Origin: a bacterium
Lineage (GTDB): Bacteria; UBP6; UBA1177
Reading direction: 5' to 3'
Assembly: GCA_017645765.1 (NCBI GenBank)
Contig: JAGCNV010000057.1
Location: 2,045-66,044 of the forward strand
DNA: 64,000 nt
Each line of letters opens with the position of its first letter. Positions within the stretch are counted from its first letter, which is position 1. The notes beneath the pieces were generated by a model that was not told the DNA's origin, searched no databases, and was given only the letters and a program-made list of their open reading frames with translations. The translations under genes and the position numbers were made by a program. Below, piece by piece: positions 28,937-38,322 of the stretch.

Positions 28937-31152
28937 AAGCGGCTGTCATATTTATTTTACTTGCATTTTCTTTAATAATCATATCGTGCGGGAATGAATC
29001 GCAGATTAATTTCTGCAACGGAGTTATCATCTCTGTCGCAGGAAGAGCCGAAGACGATTTATACATCAAAAGCTCTTTCAACAACTGGTCTTTTTCGACT
29101 CCGATGACCTACAAAGACGGAATATGGAGCGTTGAACTATTTCTCGCTCCCGGCAGCTATCCCTACGAGTTTTTCTCGGCAAAAACATCCAAACGTTTTT
29201 TAGATAATGCCAATCCTCTCACGATGTTCGACAAAGACATCCGTTACAGCAAGCTCGTTGTAAAAGACTGCCGCTACCCGACAGTTGAACTTGCCGGACG
29301 CCCTGAAATAAACGGGAAAAACATAAAGTTCCAGATAAAATTCACCCCTGGAATATCAGGTAAAAACCCTGATTTCAACAAATCCGAAATATTGCTCGGA
29401 AGAGAAACGGCCGACTATTCTTTTGACAAAAAAACAGGAATAATCTCAATAGATTACGAAGCAAAAGATTTTGACAAATTCACTTGGTTCTTCAGAATTT
29501 TCGACAGTGACGGTTTTGCGGCGGAAGTTCTCACCGTACCGGTCTGGATCGAAAAAAAAGAGTTTGACTGGACAGAAAACGCATTCATTTATCAGCTTAT
29601 GACAGACCGTTTCAGCAACGGCGACAAAAGCAACGATGACCCGCTTCCGGCCATTGATGAAAAGGCAAACTGGCAGGGGGGCGATTTTCAGGGAATCATT
29701 GACAAAATCGACGACAACTACTTCACAGACATGGGTGTTAACGTCCTCTGGATAAGCTCTCCCGTTGCAAATACCGAAAATCCAGGCAAAGGAATGGGAG
29801 GCGACACCAGATACTACGCTCCTTACCACTCATACTGGCCTGTTGCGACCGGCTGGACGAACGAACTGCATCTTCCAGGACTTGATTCGCCGATCGAAAA
29901 GCACTTCGGAAGCGAGGAAAAACTCCACGAGCTCATTCAGAAAGCCCACAAAAAAGGGATCAGGATCATGTTCGACTTCGTGCCGAACCACGTTCACACC
30001 GACTCATACCTCTGGAAGACATACAAAAACCGCGGATGGTTCAACATGGCGGAAAAAGGATTTCCAAAAAATTCAAACGGCGGCTACACATGCGGCTGGG
30101 AAAAACCTGTTGAATGCTGGTTCACAGACTATTTAGCCGACATAAACTACGAGAACAACGATGCTACCGAAGCAGTGATAAACCACCTGATCTGGATGAT
30201 TCAGGAGTTTGACATTGACGGACTGCGCCTTGACGCGATAAGACTCATGAAGATCGATTTCACCTCCTCTCTTAAAACGGCGATCCAGCGCAAAGTCACG
30301 ACGACCGGCATTCTTTTCTACATGATCGGCGAAACTTTTACAGGGGATATGGGTTGGAAAGAAATCGGCGACTACCTTGGAGAGAGCAAGCTCGACGGGC
30401 AGTTCGATTTCCCTCTTTACCATCACATCGTGCGGACTTTTCTGCTTCAGAGCGAAACAATAGAAACTTTTGCGGAGTTTCTCAAAACCAACGATTACCG
30501 CTACCAGAACGATTTTTACAAAGGCTCGATTATGGGCAATTTCATCGGAAATCACGATGTGGCAAGGGCTTTGAGCCTTGCGAACAAGGATTTTGACGGT
30601 GTTTCGTCGCAGGGAGGAGCTGAAGCCGACCAGAAGGTTTGGGAAAACTCTCCTGAGCTACCTGAAGAGGAGCTTCCGTTCAAGAAAATGCGCAACGCTT
30701 TGACGTTCATGTTCACCCATCCCGGAATCCCGATAATCTATCAGGGTGACGAATTCGGAATGCCGGGCGCGAACGACCCTGACAACAGAAGAATGGCTCT
30801 TTTCGGCGACGATTTGAGTGAAAACCAGAAGAAAAACCTTGAACACACGCAAATTCTAGGCAAATTCCGTAAAGGCCATCCCGCTCTTGCAAAAGGAATA
30901 AGAAAAAACCTCATAGTAAAAGAAAACATCTACGCCTTTGCGATGAAGCATGAAAAAGAGACAGTCATAGCCGTTTTCAATAACGGGGAAGAAAGCGAAA
31001 AAGTGACGATAGACCTTGATGAAGCCGGCTTTAAAGGCGAAGCTGCAACTCTTTTTTCAGAAGAAAAAACCGAAACGAAAAAAAATAAAATCACGTTCGA
31101 ACTCGAACCTTTCAGTTCGGAATTGATTTACGGGAGAAACGACACTATATAA
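28903..31152 (+). CDS. GH13 alpha-amylase family lipoprotein with N-terminal carbohydrate-binding-like domain
   Basis: IYQLMTDRF.NGD; GGDFQGI; YHSYWP; DFVPNH; DGLRLDA; GE; NHD; IYQGDEFG. Confidence 0.9.
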   Translation: MDDSCIPFNAVKAAVIFILLAFSLIIISCGNESQINFCNGVIISVAGRAEDDLYIKSSFNNWSFSTPMTYKDGIWSVELFLAPGSYPYEFFSAKTSKRFLDNANPLTMFDKDIRYSKLVVKDCRYPTVELAGRPEINGKNIKFQIKFTPGISGKNPDFNKSEILLGRETADYSFDKKTGIISIDYEAKDFDKFTWFFRIFDSDGFAAEVLTVPVWIEKKEFDWTENAFIYQLMTDRFSNGDKSNDDPLPAIDEKANWQGGDFQGIIDKIDDNYFTDMGVNVLWISSPVANTENPGKGMGGDTRYYAPYHSYWPVATGWTNELHLPGLDSPIEKHFGSEEKLHELIQKAHKKGIRIMFDFVPNHVHTDSYLWKTYKNRGWFNMAEKGFPKNSNGGYTCGWEKPVECWFTDYLADINYENNDATEAVINHLIWMIQEFDIDGLRLDAIRLMKIDFTSSLKTAIQRKVTTTGILFYMIGETFTGDMGWKEIGDYLGESKLDGQFDFPLYHHIVRTFLLQSETIETFAEFLKTNDYRYQNDFYKGSIMGNFIGNHDVARALSLANKDFDGVSSQGGAEADQKVWENSPELPEEELPFKKMRNALTFMFTHPGIPIIYQGDEFGMPGANDPDNRRMALFGDDLSENQKKNLEHTQILGKFRKGHPALAKGIRKNLIVKENIYAFAMKHEKETVIAVFNNGEESEKVTIDLDEAGFKGEAATLFSEEKTETKKNKITFELEPFSSELIYGRNDTI

Positions 31153-31182
31153 TCAGCTGTTTTTGATTTTTCAGAGGTAAAA

Positions 31183-31791
31183 ATGGAAAGGATTTCAGTC
31201 CATCTCAACAATCCGGAACGCAGGGCGATAGACAAGACTGCAGCAGTACTCGAAAACGGAGAAGTCGTGCTTCTTCCCGGTGACACCTCCTATCTTCTGG
31301 CGGTGAAAATCGGCAAAAAAGGGGCGTTGGAAAAACTCAACCGCATAAAACAGAGCAAAAAAAGGAAGTTCTACTCCCTGATTTTCAAGGATTTGAGCGA
31401 CATTTCGCGCTACGCCGACATCGACAACCGCCATTTCAGCCTGCTGAAACGCTGCCTTCCCGGAGCTTACACATTCATTCTTACAGCGAGCCGCGAAATC
31501 CCCAAAATCATGCTCGAAAACCGTAAAGAGATCGGAATAAGGATCCCCGAGAGCCGCTTTCTGAACGATCTTGTCGATGCTTTGGGCGAACCTATAGTCG
31601 TTTCGACCGCATCGAATGAGGACGGCGAGGAGTTCTGCGATCCTGATGAAGACGCTCCCGACTGGCTCGGTTTCGTCGATCTGCTGGTAAACGGCGGCTA
31701 TATCGCAATGGATCAGACAACTATCGTCCAGCTTTCGGGCGACGAATACGAAATCGTCCGCGAAGGAAAAGGCGATACCGATATTTTTTAA
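31183..31791 (+). CDS. Sua5/YciO/YrdC (TsaC-like) family protein
   Basis: LENGEVVLLPGDTSY; LPGAYTFIL; IGIRIP; STA; IVREGKG. Confidence 0.88.
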   Translation: MERISVHLNNPERRAIDKTAAVLENGEVVLLPGDTSYLLAVKIGKKGALEKLNRIKQSKKRKFYSLIFKDLSDISRYADIDNRHFSLLKRCLPGAYTFILTASREIPKIMLENRKEIGIRIPESRFLNDLVDALGEPIVVSTASNEDGEEFCDPDEDAPDWLGFVDLLVNGGYIAMDQTTIVQLSGDEYEIVREGKGDTDIF

Positions 31792-31801
31792 GGAGGCAAC
31801 A

Positions 31802-32320
31802 ATGGATTTCATCGAACTCGCGAAAAAACGTTACTCTGTCAGGAGTTATTCGGACAAAAAAGTGGAAAAGGAGATCCTCGACAAAATTCTCGAAGCTGGA
31901 AACATCGCTCCGACCGCGAAAAACCAGCAGCCGCAGAGAATCTACGTCATTGAGGACGCAGCCCTGCTCGCAAAACTCGACACTCTGACTCCGTGCCGCT
32001 ACAACGCGCCGACAGTTCTCATTTTCACCTACAATACCGACGAGGACTGGAAAAACCCGAATGAAGAAGGGATCCACGCCGGGATCGAGGATGTCAGCAT
32101 CGTAGCGACCCACATCATGCTTCAGGCGGCTGAACTCGGACTCGGCACGACCTGGTGCAACATGTTCGGAAACACCGCGCTCGAAAAGGCGTTCGACCTC
32201 CCGGCAAACGAAAGATCGGTCCTCTTCATGGATCTCGGCTATCCGGCTGAAGACGCTGAACCTTCGCCCAGACACACCGAAAAGAAACCGCTGGAAGCAA
32301 CAGTAAAATATTTGAAATAG
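31802..32320 (+). CDS. nitroreductase family protein
   Basis: KRYSVRSY; APTAKNQQP; LGLGTTW; LGYP. Confidence 0.92.
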   Translation: MDFIELAKKRYSVRSYSDKKVEKEILDKILEAGNIAPTAKNQQPQRIYVIEDAALLAKLDTLTPCRYNAPTVLIFTYNTDEDWKNPNEEGIHAGIEDVSIVATHIMLQAAELGLGTTWCNMFGNTALEKAFDLPANERSVLFMDLGYPAEDAEPSPRHTEKKPLEATVKYLK

Positions 32321-32329
32321 GAGACCGGA

Positions 32330-32524
32330 ATGAAAAGATCATCACTTGCCGCGGTTTTCGCTCTTTTGTTCCCGCTTCTTCTCTCCTCATGCGGAAAACA
32401 GCCGCCCACCCCCGCAACTGAAGCGCAGAAAATGATCGAAATGAAGCAGGAAGCGGAAAAGAAACTCAACGACTCAATCAAAACGATCGAAGAAAAGGAA
32501 AAGAAAGCCCTGGAAGATCTGTAA
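32330..32524 (+). CDS. small lipoprotein
   Basis: GGAG RBS; signal ending LLSSC; helical tail. Confidence 0.7.
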   Translation: MKRSSLAAVFALLFPLLLSSCGKQPPTPATEAQKMIEMKQEAEKKLNDSIKTIEEKEKKALEDL

Positions 32525-32551
32525 CTCCGCGTCAGCATACCTTTTCCGTTT

Positions 32552-32857
32552 TCACAAAAGTCTTTTCTCGTCACGACCGGAATAAAGAATTCTTCGAATT
32601 TCCATGACATCGTCAACAACGACATACCACACGGTATAATTTTTTACATTGATTCTTCGGTATGGATGCTTTCGTTCTTTTGATGACGGCCAAACTGCGA
32701 AAGATTCAGGGTTTTCCAAACGTTTAAGGATCGCTTTTTCAATTCTTGAAACGGTATTTTCTGCGGCGATCGGGCTTAAAAGGGTATTTTGAATATAATC
32801 AACTATATTGATCAGATCTTCTTTTGCCAACGGAAGATAGCGTAACTTGTAGCTCAT
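32552..32857 (-). CDS. type II toxin, RelE/ParE family
   Basis: YKLRYLPLAKEDL..IVDYI; YRRINVKNY.VWY; IRRILY; coupled to the upstream antitoxin. Confidence 0.9.
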   Translation of the reverse strand: MSYKLRYLPLAKEDLINIVDYIQNTLLSPIAAENTVSRIEKAILKRLENPESFAVWPSSKERKHPYRRINVKNYTVWYVVVDDVMEIRRILYSGRDEKRLL

Positions 32858-33117
32858 TATTTTGCCCTGATACGTGCTCGGACAGCACTAAAAACTTCAT
32901 CGTGGGAGAGGCGTTCTGGAGTCTCTTCTGCCTGAATATCCGCAGCATCAAGTTTTGCCTCGATATTTTCGGTAAGGCTTTCGTACATGTCGAGACTCAT
33001 CACCACCATAGAACCGTAACCGTTTTTTGTCAGAAAAACCGGCTCTTTCCTTGAAAAAACCAAACTCTCTATGTCAGAGAATTTGTTGCGAAGATCTGAA
33101 ACTGGGCGAATTTGCAT
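32857..33117 (-). CDS. type II antitoxin, Phd/YefM family
   Basis: IRPVSDLRN; EPVFLTKNGYGSMVVMS. Confidence 0.92.
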   Translation of the reverse strand: MQIRPVSDLRNKFSDIESLVFSRKEPVFLTKNGYGSMVVMSLDMYESLTENIEAKLDAADIQAEETPERLSHDEVFSAVRARIRAK

Positions 33118-33368
33118 AATTTCCTCCTAAAAAAACAGAAAAATTATCAGTATTCTATCAAAATTTTATCAAAATTCAAGCTTTCGGTATATTGTCAGTG
33201 CAAAGTTTGCGCTTTCAAGCGCATAGTTTGAAGTGAGCTTATTTAAAAGCCGCCACGCAGCGCACCTTCCCTCCCCGCCGTCTGAGACAATAACAGCCGG
33301 GGAATTTTGATACTTATAGTCTGGGCATTGAAGTATTGTTAAAAAAAACACTTTATTACCAAATGATG

Positions 33369-33397
33369 TTGACTTAACCCGTTTCAAATTCTACAAT
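33369..33397 (+). promoter_or_regulatory. sigma70-type promoter at the island's left edge
   Basis: TTGACT, 17-nt spacer, TACAAT. Confidence 0.5.
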
Positions 33398-33480
33398 AAT
33401 TATTAGTCATATTCAATGCTTGCTGAATTGCTATTGAATACAAGAAAGGCTTAGTTAGATGCTTACGAGGAAAGATGGTC

Positions 33481-35062
33481 ATGGAGAACAGATCTGATAT
33501 TTATTATCAAATTGCCAATAGAAAGTTTATCGAAAATGAATATGGTAAATCACTATGGGTACAAATTAGCGGACATAAGGAATTAAACGGGGCTGATGCA
33601 CTTTTTGGTCTGTTTTGATCAAAAAAAATAAAGTAAAGATGGTTTTTAAAAATTCTGATTGGGATGTACATATAGAAGATGGAGGACCAGGTTTTAATGG
33701 AAATACGTATTGTAGCAATTTGTTAAGAGATGGATTTGAGTCATTACTATATTACAGGGAATTTGATGATATACACAAGCCGTTTGTTGAACTTTCCCAA
33801 GAGTTTATTCTGCTTAATAATCTCTATTTTGATGAACAGAAAAAAACATATTGCGCAATACTTAAAGATGGTACTGCAGAGGAAGTGGTGCGCGTAAGTG
33901 GAGACGATACCTTTATTATAAAACTACCATATTTAACACGATATGCGGCTGCAAAACAGATGGCTGTTGTTTTATTTTATGATATCGAAATGAAATTTGA
34001 TGTTGCTACAACAGAACTAGGGGTAAAAGAGTTTTCAGATAAACACAAAAACGAGAATGTGTTTTACCAAATATGGGGTAGCGATTTAATCATGCCCCAA
34101 AATGCGTATAGTGTTTTAAGAGGGAAAAAGATTATTTATCCAAGACCTGTTGAAACCTGTGGCTATTGGCCATTTGAAAAGGAAGAAGAGTTTGTGGATT
34201 TTGTAATCGGGCTTGATGAAAATTGCAATGAAAAATCATTCACATGTAATCCAGATAAATTGGCAGATTATTTCGGGAATAATCCTGACGCACCGCTTTA
34301 TCTAACTCCGGTGTTCTTTAAAAGAGAAGTGCTTCAAAAGTATATTTTACAACCGAATTTGTATAATATTCGTGACGGGTATTTGGAATGTAAGGGGTTA
34401 TGGGGAATTGAAATAGATAATCATCATAAAGATGTCATTTCAGTATATTTGGGTGATTTGGGACAGCATTTGTCAGACTATATTGGAAAAGCTTCAATAT
34501 TGTTTCAGATGAAGGTATAAGTGCCACATCACTTAAAAGAGACTTTCTATGCATCCCAGCTGATTCAGATATGATCGATCATAAGTTTAATGAACATTAT
34601 GTTCAGACCAATGAGGCATGGAACAGACATTTTGGTTGGCCTTTATTCTTGCCTTTGACCAAAGATGATCAATATAATTTTGAAACACTAAGGATTCCGT
34701 TAGCAGAAGAGAGTCAATATGAGTTTGATGGATTAGTATTATCCCTTGTGAAGGTACTTATTGATTCTTTGAATGAGAAAAAATTTCAAGAGAATATTGA
34801 AAGCAAAAAAGATCTTAAGGGGATAGGCAAATTAGAGAAATGGTTAAAAAGTTCAGGACATATTGATTTTGAAGTACACATAAAATTTCTTCGAAATTTA
34901 CAAGAGTTGAGATCAAAAGGAACAGGTCACAGGAAAGGAAGTGGCTATGATAAAATAGCATCTTATTTTGGTGTAGGTGACAAAAAATTAAAAGATGTAT
35001 TTGAAGACATCCTTGAAAAAGCAGATGCTTTTTTAATGTATATGAATGAAATAGCCAAGTGA
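33481..35062 (+). pseudogene. hypothetical protein gene broken by two frameshifts
   Basis: Frame from ATG 33481 breaks at the T-run near 33602-33606. ORF 33615-34520 shifts near 34475 into RLYWKSFNI...DSDMIDHK, which is in frame with ORF 34571-35062. Confidence 0.7.
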
Positions 35063-35334
35063 TTGAATTTTGGAAATTTCTCTCTCCATAAATACTTGAC
35101 CATTATATGCGTGAGAGTTTTGTGAAAAAAGAACACGAAATTCTTTCAGGAGAAATTTCCGCGAATGAAATTTCAGAATTTCCGGCGTGCAGGAATTCCT
35201 GTAGGAACAAGAATTTCCGAATCTCTGAAATTCTGGAAAAAATCTGCTGTTTTCCATGTTGATTTTTAACCAAAAATAAATAACATTTTGCGTTTTTACG
35301 GTTTGACCGAAGACTCTTTCGAAAGGTAGGAATC

Positions 35335-37251
35335 ATGGAAATTGGAATCACCGAAGCAATTCAACATTTTTTTTCATCACCCGCATTCAATTTAATTTAT
35401 TCTGAAGCTTTAGCTAACGCATTGGATGCTGGCGCAACAAATATCTTAATCAATATCAATATTGAATCATTTAGGAATGTAGAATCTCTTGAAATTGTTA
35501 TTAAAGATGACGGGGAAGGGTTTACAGAAAAAAATTTTTCCAAGTTTTCTAAATTATTGGCAAAAGATGACAAATCCCACAAAGGATTAGGGCGTCTGGT
35601 TTATTTAAAATACTTTAAAACTGTAGAAGTCGAGAGTGTTTTTGAAGAAACAAACAAACGGTCTTTTGTTTTTGACAACAATTTCAGAGGTGAATCTCAA
35701 AAAGAAAGTTTGGATGCTGGAGCAGAATCCTACACTAAACTAACTTTCAAAAATTTTGCAAACAAACAACTTAACACATACGAAAATATTAAAGCATCAA
35801 GCATAAAGGACTACCTAACAGCACAATTTCTTCCACGTTTGTTTTCATTCAAGCAACAAAATAAAAATTTTCACATACAAATCTCAACTAATGTATCTGA
35901 AGAAAACACTGAAATGGAACTTTATTCCGAGACCCAATCCATTCAGAATTGTGATTTACCAGAATTAGAAGAAAAAGAAATTACAGATACTGGGCTGGAC
36001 ATATTCAACGAATCATTCAAGATTTTATACAATATCACCGAAAAATTTTCAGGGAAACTTTCAACCGCAATTTGCGTTGACGGAAGAGCCATAGAAATTC
36101 CACTACTAAAAACAGAAAAGTTACCACCTAAAATAGGTGGAGTTTTCTTGTTAACCTCAAAGTTTTTAGATGAAAAAACCAATAATGACAGGCAAGAATT
36201 GATGTTGGAACCGTCAGACCGAAGAAAAATCGAGCAATTATTTGCTGAAAACATATCAGAAATATTGAATAATAAATTCCCAGAAATAGCCGAACGCAAC
36301 AAAGAAGTTTCTCAAAAACTCTCATCCCGTTATCCGCATTTGGAAGGATATTTCTCAAAAAAAGCAATATGCCTGTTGGATGAAAACAAAACATTGGATG
36401 ATGCTCAAAGTAAATTCTTTAAAGAACAAAAAGAAATTTTAGGAGCATCTGAACTCAATGATGATTTATACAAAAAATCATTTCAACTTGCAACGCGTAC
36501 CCTCGCTGAATATATTCTTTATCGCAATATTATTATAGAAAAAATCAAAAATACAGGTAAAGACAAAGAAGACAAAGAAGCTAAAATTCATAACATTATA
36601 ACTCCAATGCAGACAACTCTTAATGCAAGAACTTTTATAAATGACATTTATATCAACAATGCTTGGATCTTAGATGACAAATATATGGCTTATCAATCAA
36701 TTCAGAGTGATAAAAACATTAAAGAACTTATTTCCAGCATTTCAGAAAAAGAGGAATTGCAATCTGACGATTTGCGACCAGATTTAGCATTGGTTTTTTC
36801 AGATAATATTGAAAAAACACAGCATCCTGTCGATGTTGTTATAGTTGAACTCAAAAAGAAAGGCTTAGGATATTTAGACAACACAAGAGTGGTAGAGCAA
36901 TTAAAACAAAGAGCAAGACGGTTATTGGGATTATATCCTGATAAAATTCAAAGGATGTGGTTCTTTGGGATTGTTGAATTTGATAAAGAATTGAAAATCG
37001 AAATGAATGAAGAGTGGACTCCAATTTATTCTGAAGGAGAGTCTTATTACAGGTCATTTTCTCTCCAAGCCATTGATAAAGATCTGAATCAAATTGGAGA
37101 CAAAAAATATCCTGTATCTTTGACACTTTTATCTTTTGATGCTCTGTGGAAAGATGCAAAAACAAGAAATGACACATTTTTAACGATACTGAGAGAAAGT
37201 ATTAAAAAATATACAAGCGATGGACAACAAAACCATGATCTTTCAAAATAA
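35335..37251 (+). CDS. GHKL (HATPase_c) ATPase fused to C-terminal PD-(D/E)XK-like nuclease
   Basis: EALANALDA; KDDGEGF; HKGLGRL; C-terminal NAWILDD...RPDLAL...IVELKK. Confidence 0.8.
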   Translation: MEIGITEAIQHFFSSPAFNLIYSEALANALDAGATNILININIESFRNVESLEIVIKDDGEGFTEKNFSKFSKLLAKDDKSHKGLGRLVYLKYFKTVEVESVFEETNKRSFVFDNNFRGESQKESLDAGAESYTKLTFKNFANKQLNTYENIKASSIKDYLTAQFLPRLFSFKQQNKNFHIQISTNVSEENTEMELYSETQSIQNCDLPELEEKEITDTGLDIFNESFKILYNITEKFSGKLSTAICVDGRAIEIPLLKTEKLPPKIGGVFLLTSKFLDEKTNNDRQELMLEPSDRRKIEQLFAENISEILNNKFPEIAERNKEVSQKLSSRYPHLEGYFSKKAICLLDENKTLDDAQSKFFKEQKEILGASELNDDLYKKSFQLATRTLAEYILYRNIIIEKIKNTGKDKEDKEAKIHNIITPMQTTLNARTFINDIYINNAWILDDKYMAYQSIQSDKNIKELISSISEKEELQSDDLRPDLALVFSDNIEKTQHPVDVVIVELKKKGLGYLDNTRVVEQLKQRARRLLGLYPDKIQRMWFFGIVEFDKELKIEMNEEWTPIYSEGESYYRSFSLQAIDKDLNQIGDKKYPVSLTLLSFDALWKDAKTRNDTFLTILRESIKKYTSDGQQNHDLSK

Positions 37252-37301
37252 ACTTTTGGGGGATTGGAACATATTCCTTGTTTTTAACATTGGGTACTAA
37301 A

Positions 37302-38213
37302 ATGATTGAAATTTTGCAAAACGACAATGTGATAGATAATATGCAAATTATTAACGAAATTGATTCTGTCAGACACCTTGTAGATGTTTCAAATAGTACT
37401 GTTGCCAACGGACTAAGTACCATAAATACTATACTTGTTGCAGCCACAATAGTTATAGGCATTGTTGGTGTTGTAGGAATTTTACTTGGCATATATGTAT
37501 CACATAAAACGACAAAAGTCTCTGATATGTTGGCTAAAATAAAAGAAAAAGAGAATGATATCGCTGCTTTAAAAAACAAAATAGAAGAGAAAGAAACAAA
37601 AGTTATTTCATTAGCAAAAAAAATTGAAGACATCAATGACAAAATTCAAAGTGATATAAGTGGGTTATATCAAAAATTGCGTAAAGAAGAAACTCGGACA
37701 TTATTACAACGTTTGGAAGAAGAACCTTTCGATATAAATAACCTTTTTTATTCACTTGCGACACGCCAACTAGATGAGGAATTTTTCCCAATTTTAAAGA
37801 AAGCTTTTATAAAATTTTGGACCTCGAATGACAATGAAATAAAATCAAAATCGATCGGGAACTACATAAATGTTTTGTTTCAGGAGTATTTGTATAAGAC
37901 TGTATTAGACAATGAAATACGACCTAACATCGTAAACTATCAATTTTTTAAAATGTTCATGAAATGTGCTTTCTCAAGAGATATGATAAAATCCACCAAT
38001 GATTTTTGCTCAGCTTTGTCGCACCCCAATACTTCTTTTGATAAAGTCACATTATTGGCTGACTACTTAAAAGCTTTAAACGAATCCAAATATAAATATT
38101 CGCCTGACTTAAAAAAGATTTTTCAAGAAAATGTGGATAGCTCTATTTTGTTTGATGCTATAAAAAAATGTGAGGCAGATGAAATCAATTTGGCGATGTT
38201 TAAAGAGGTTTAA
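37302..38213 (+). CDS. hypothetical protein with one TM and a coiled coil
   Basis: AT-rich ORF; hydrophobic ILVAATIVIGIVGVVGILLGIY followed by a heptad K/E-rich helix. Confidence 0.7.
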   Translation: MIEILQNDNVIDNMQIINEIDSVRHLVDVSNSTVANGLSTINTILVAATIVIGIVGVVGILLGIYVSHKTTKVSDMLAKIKEKENDIAALKNKIEEKETKVISLAKKIEDINDKIQSDISGLYQKLRKEETRTLLQRLEEEPFDINNLFYSLATRQLDEEFFPILKKAFIKFWTSNDNEIKSKSIGNYINVLFQEYLYKTVLDNEIRPNIVNYQFFKMFMKCAFSRDMIKSTNDFCSALSHPNTSFDKVTLLADYLKALNESKYKYSPDLKKIFQENVDSSILFDAIKKCEADEINLAMFKEV

Positions 38214-38214
38214 A

Positions 38215-38322
38215 ATGATAAAAGCAGTTCAGCAAATTGCCGATGCGCTGGGAATCGACTCGTATAAGTTGCTAGTAAATAACGAAGCAAGCGAAACAAA
38301 AACAAAAAAGCAAAATAAATAA
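38215..38322 (+). pseudogene. C-terminal remnant of XRE-family HTH regulator
   Basis: Translates MIKAVQQIADALGIDSYKLL...; its stop overlaps the next start (TAATG). Confidence 0.5.
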
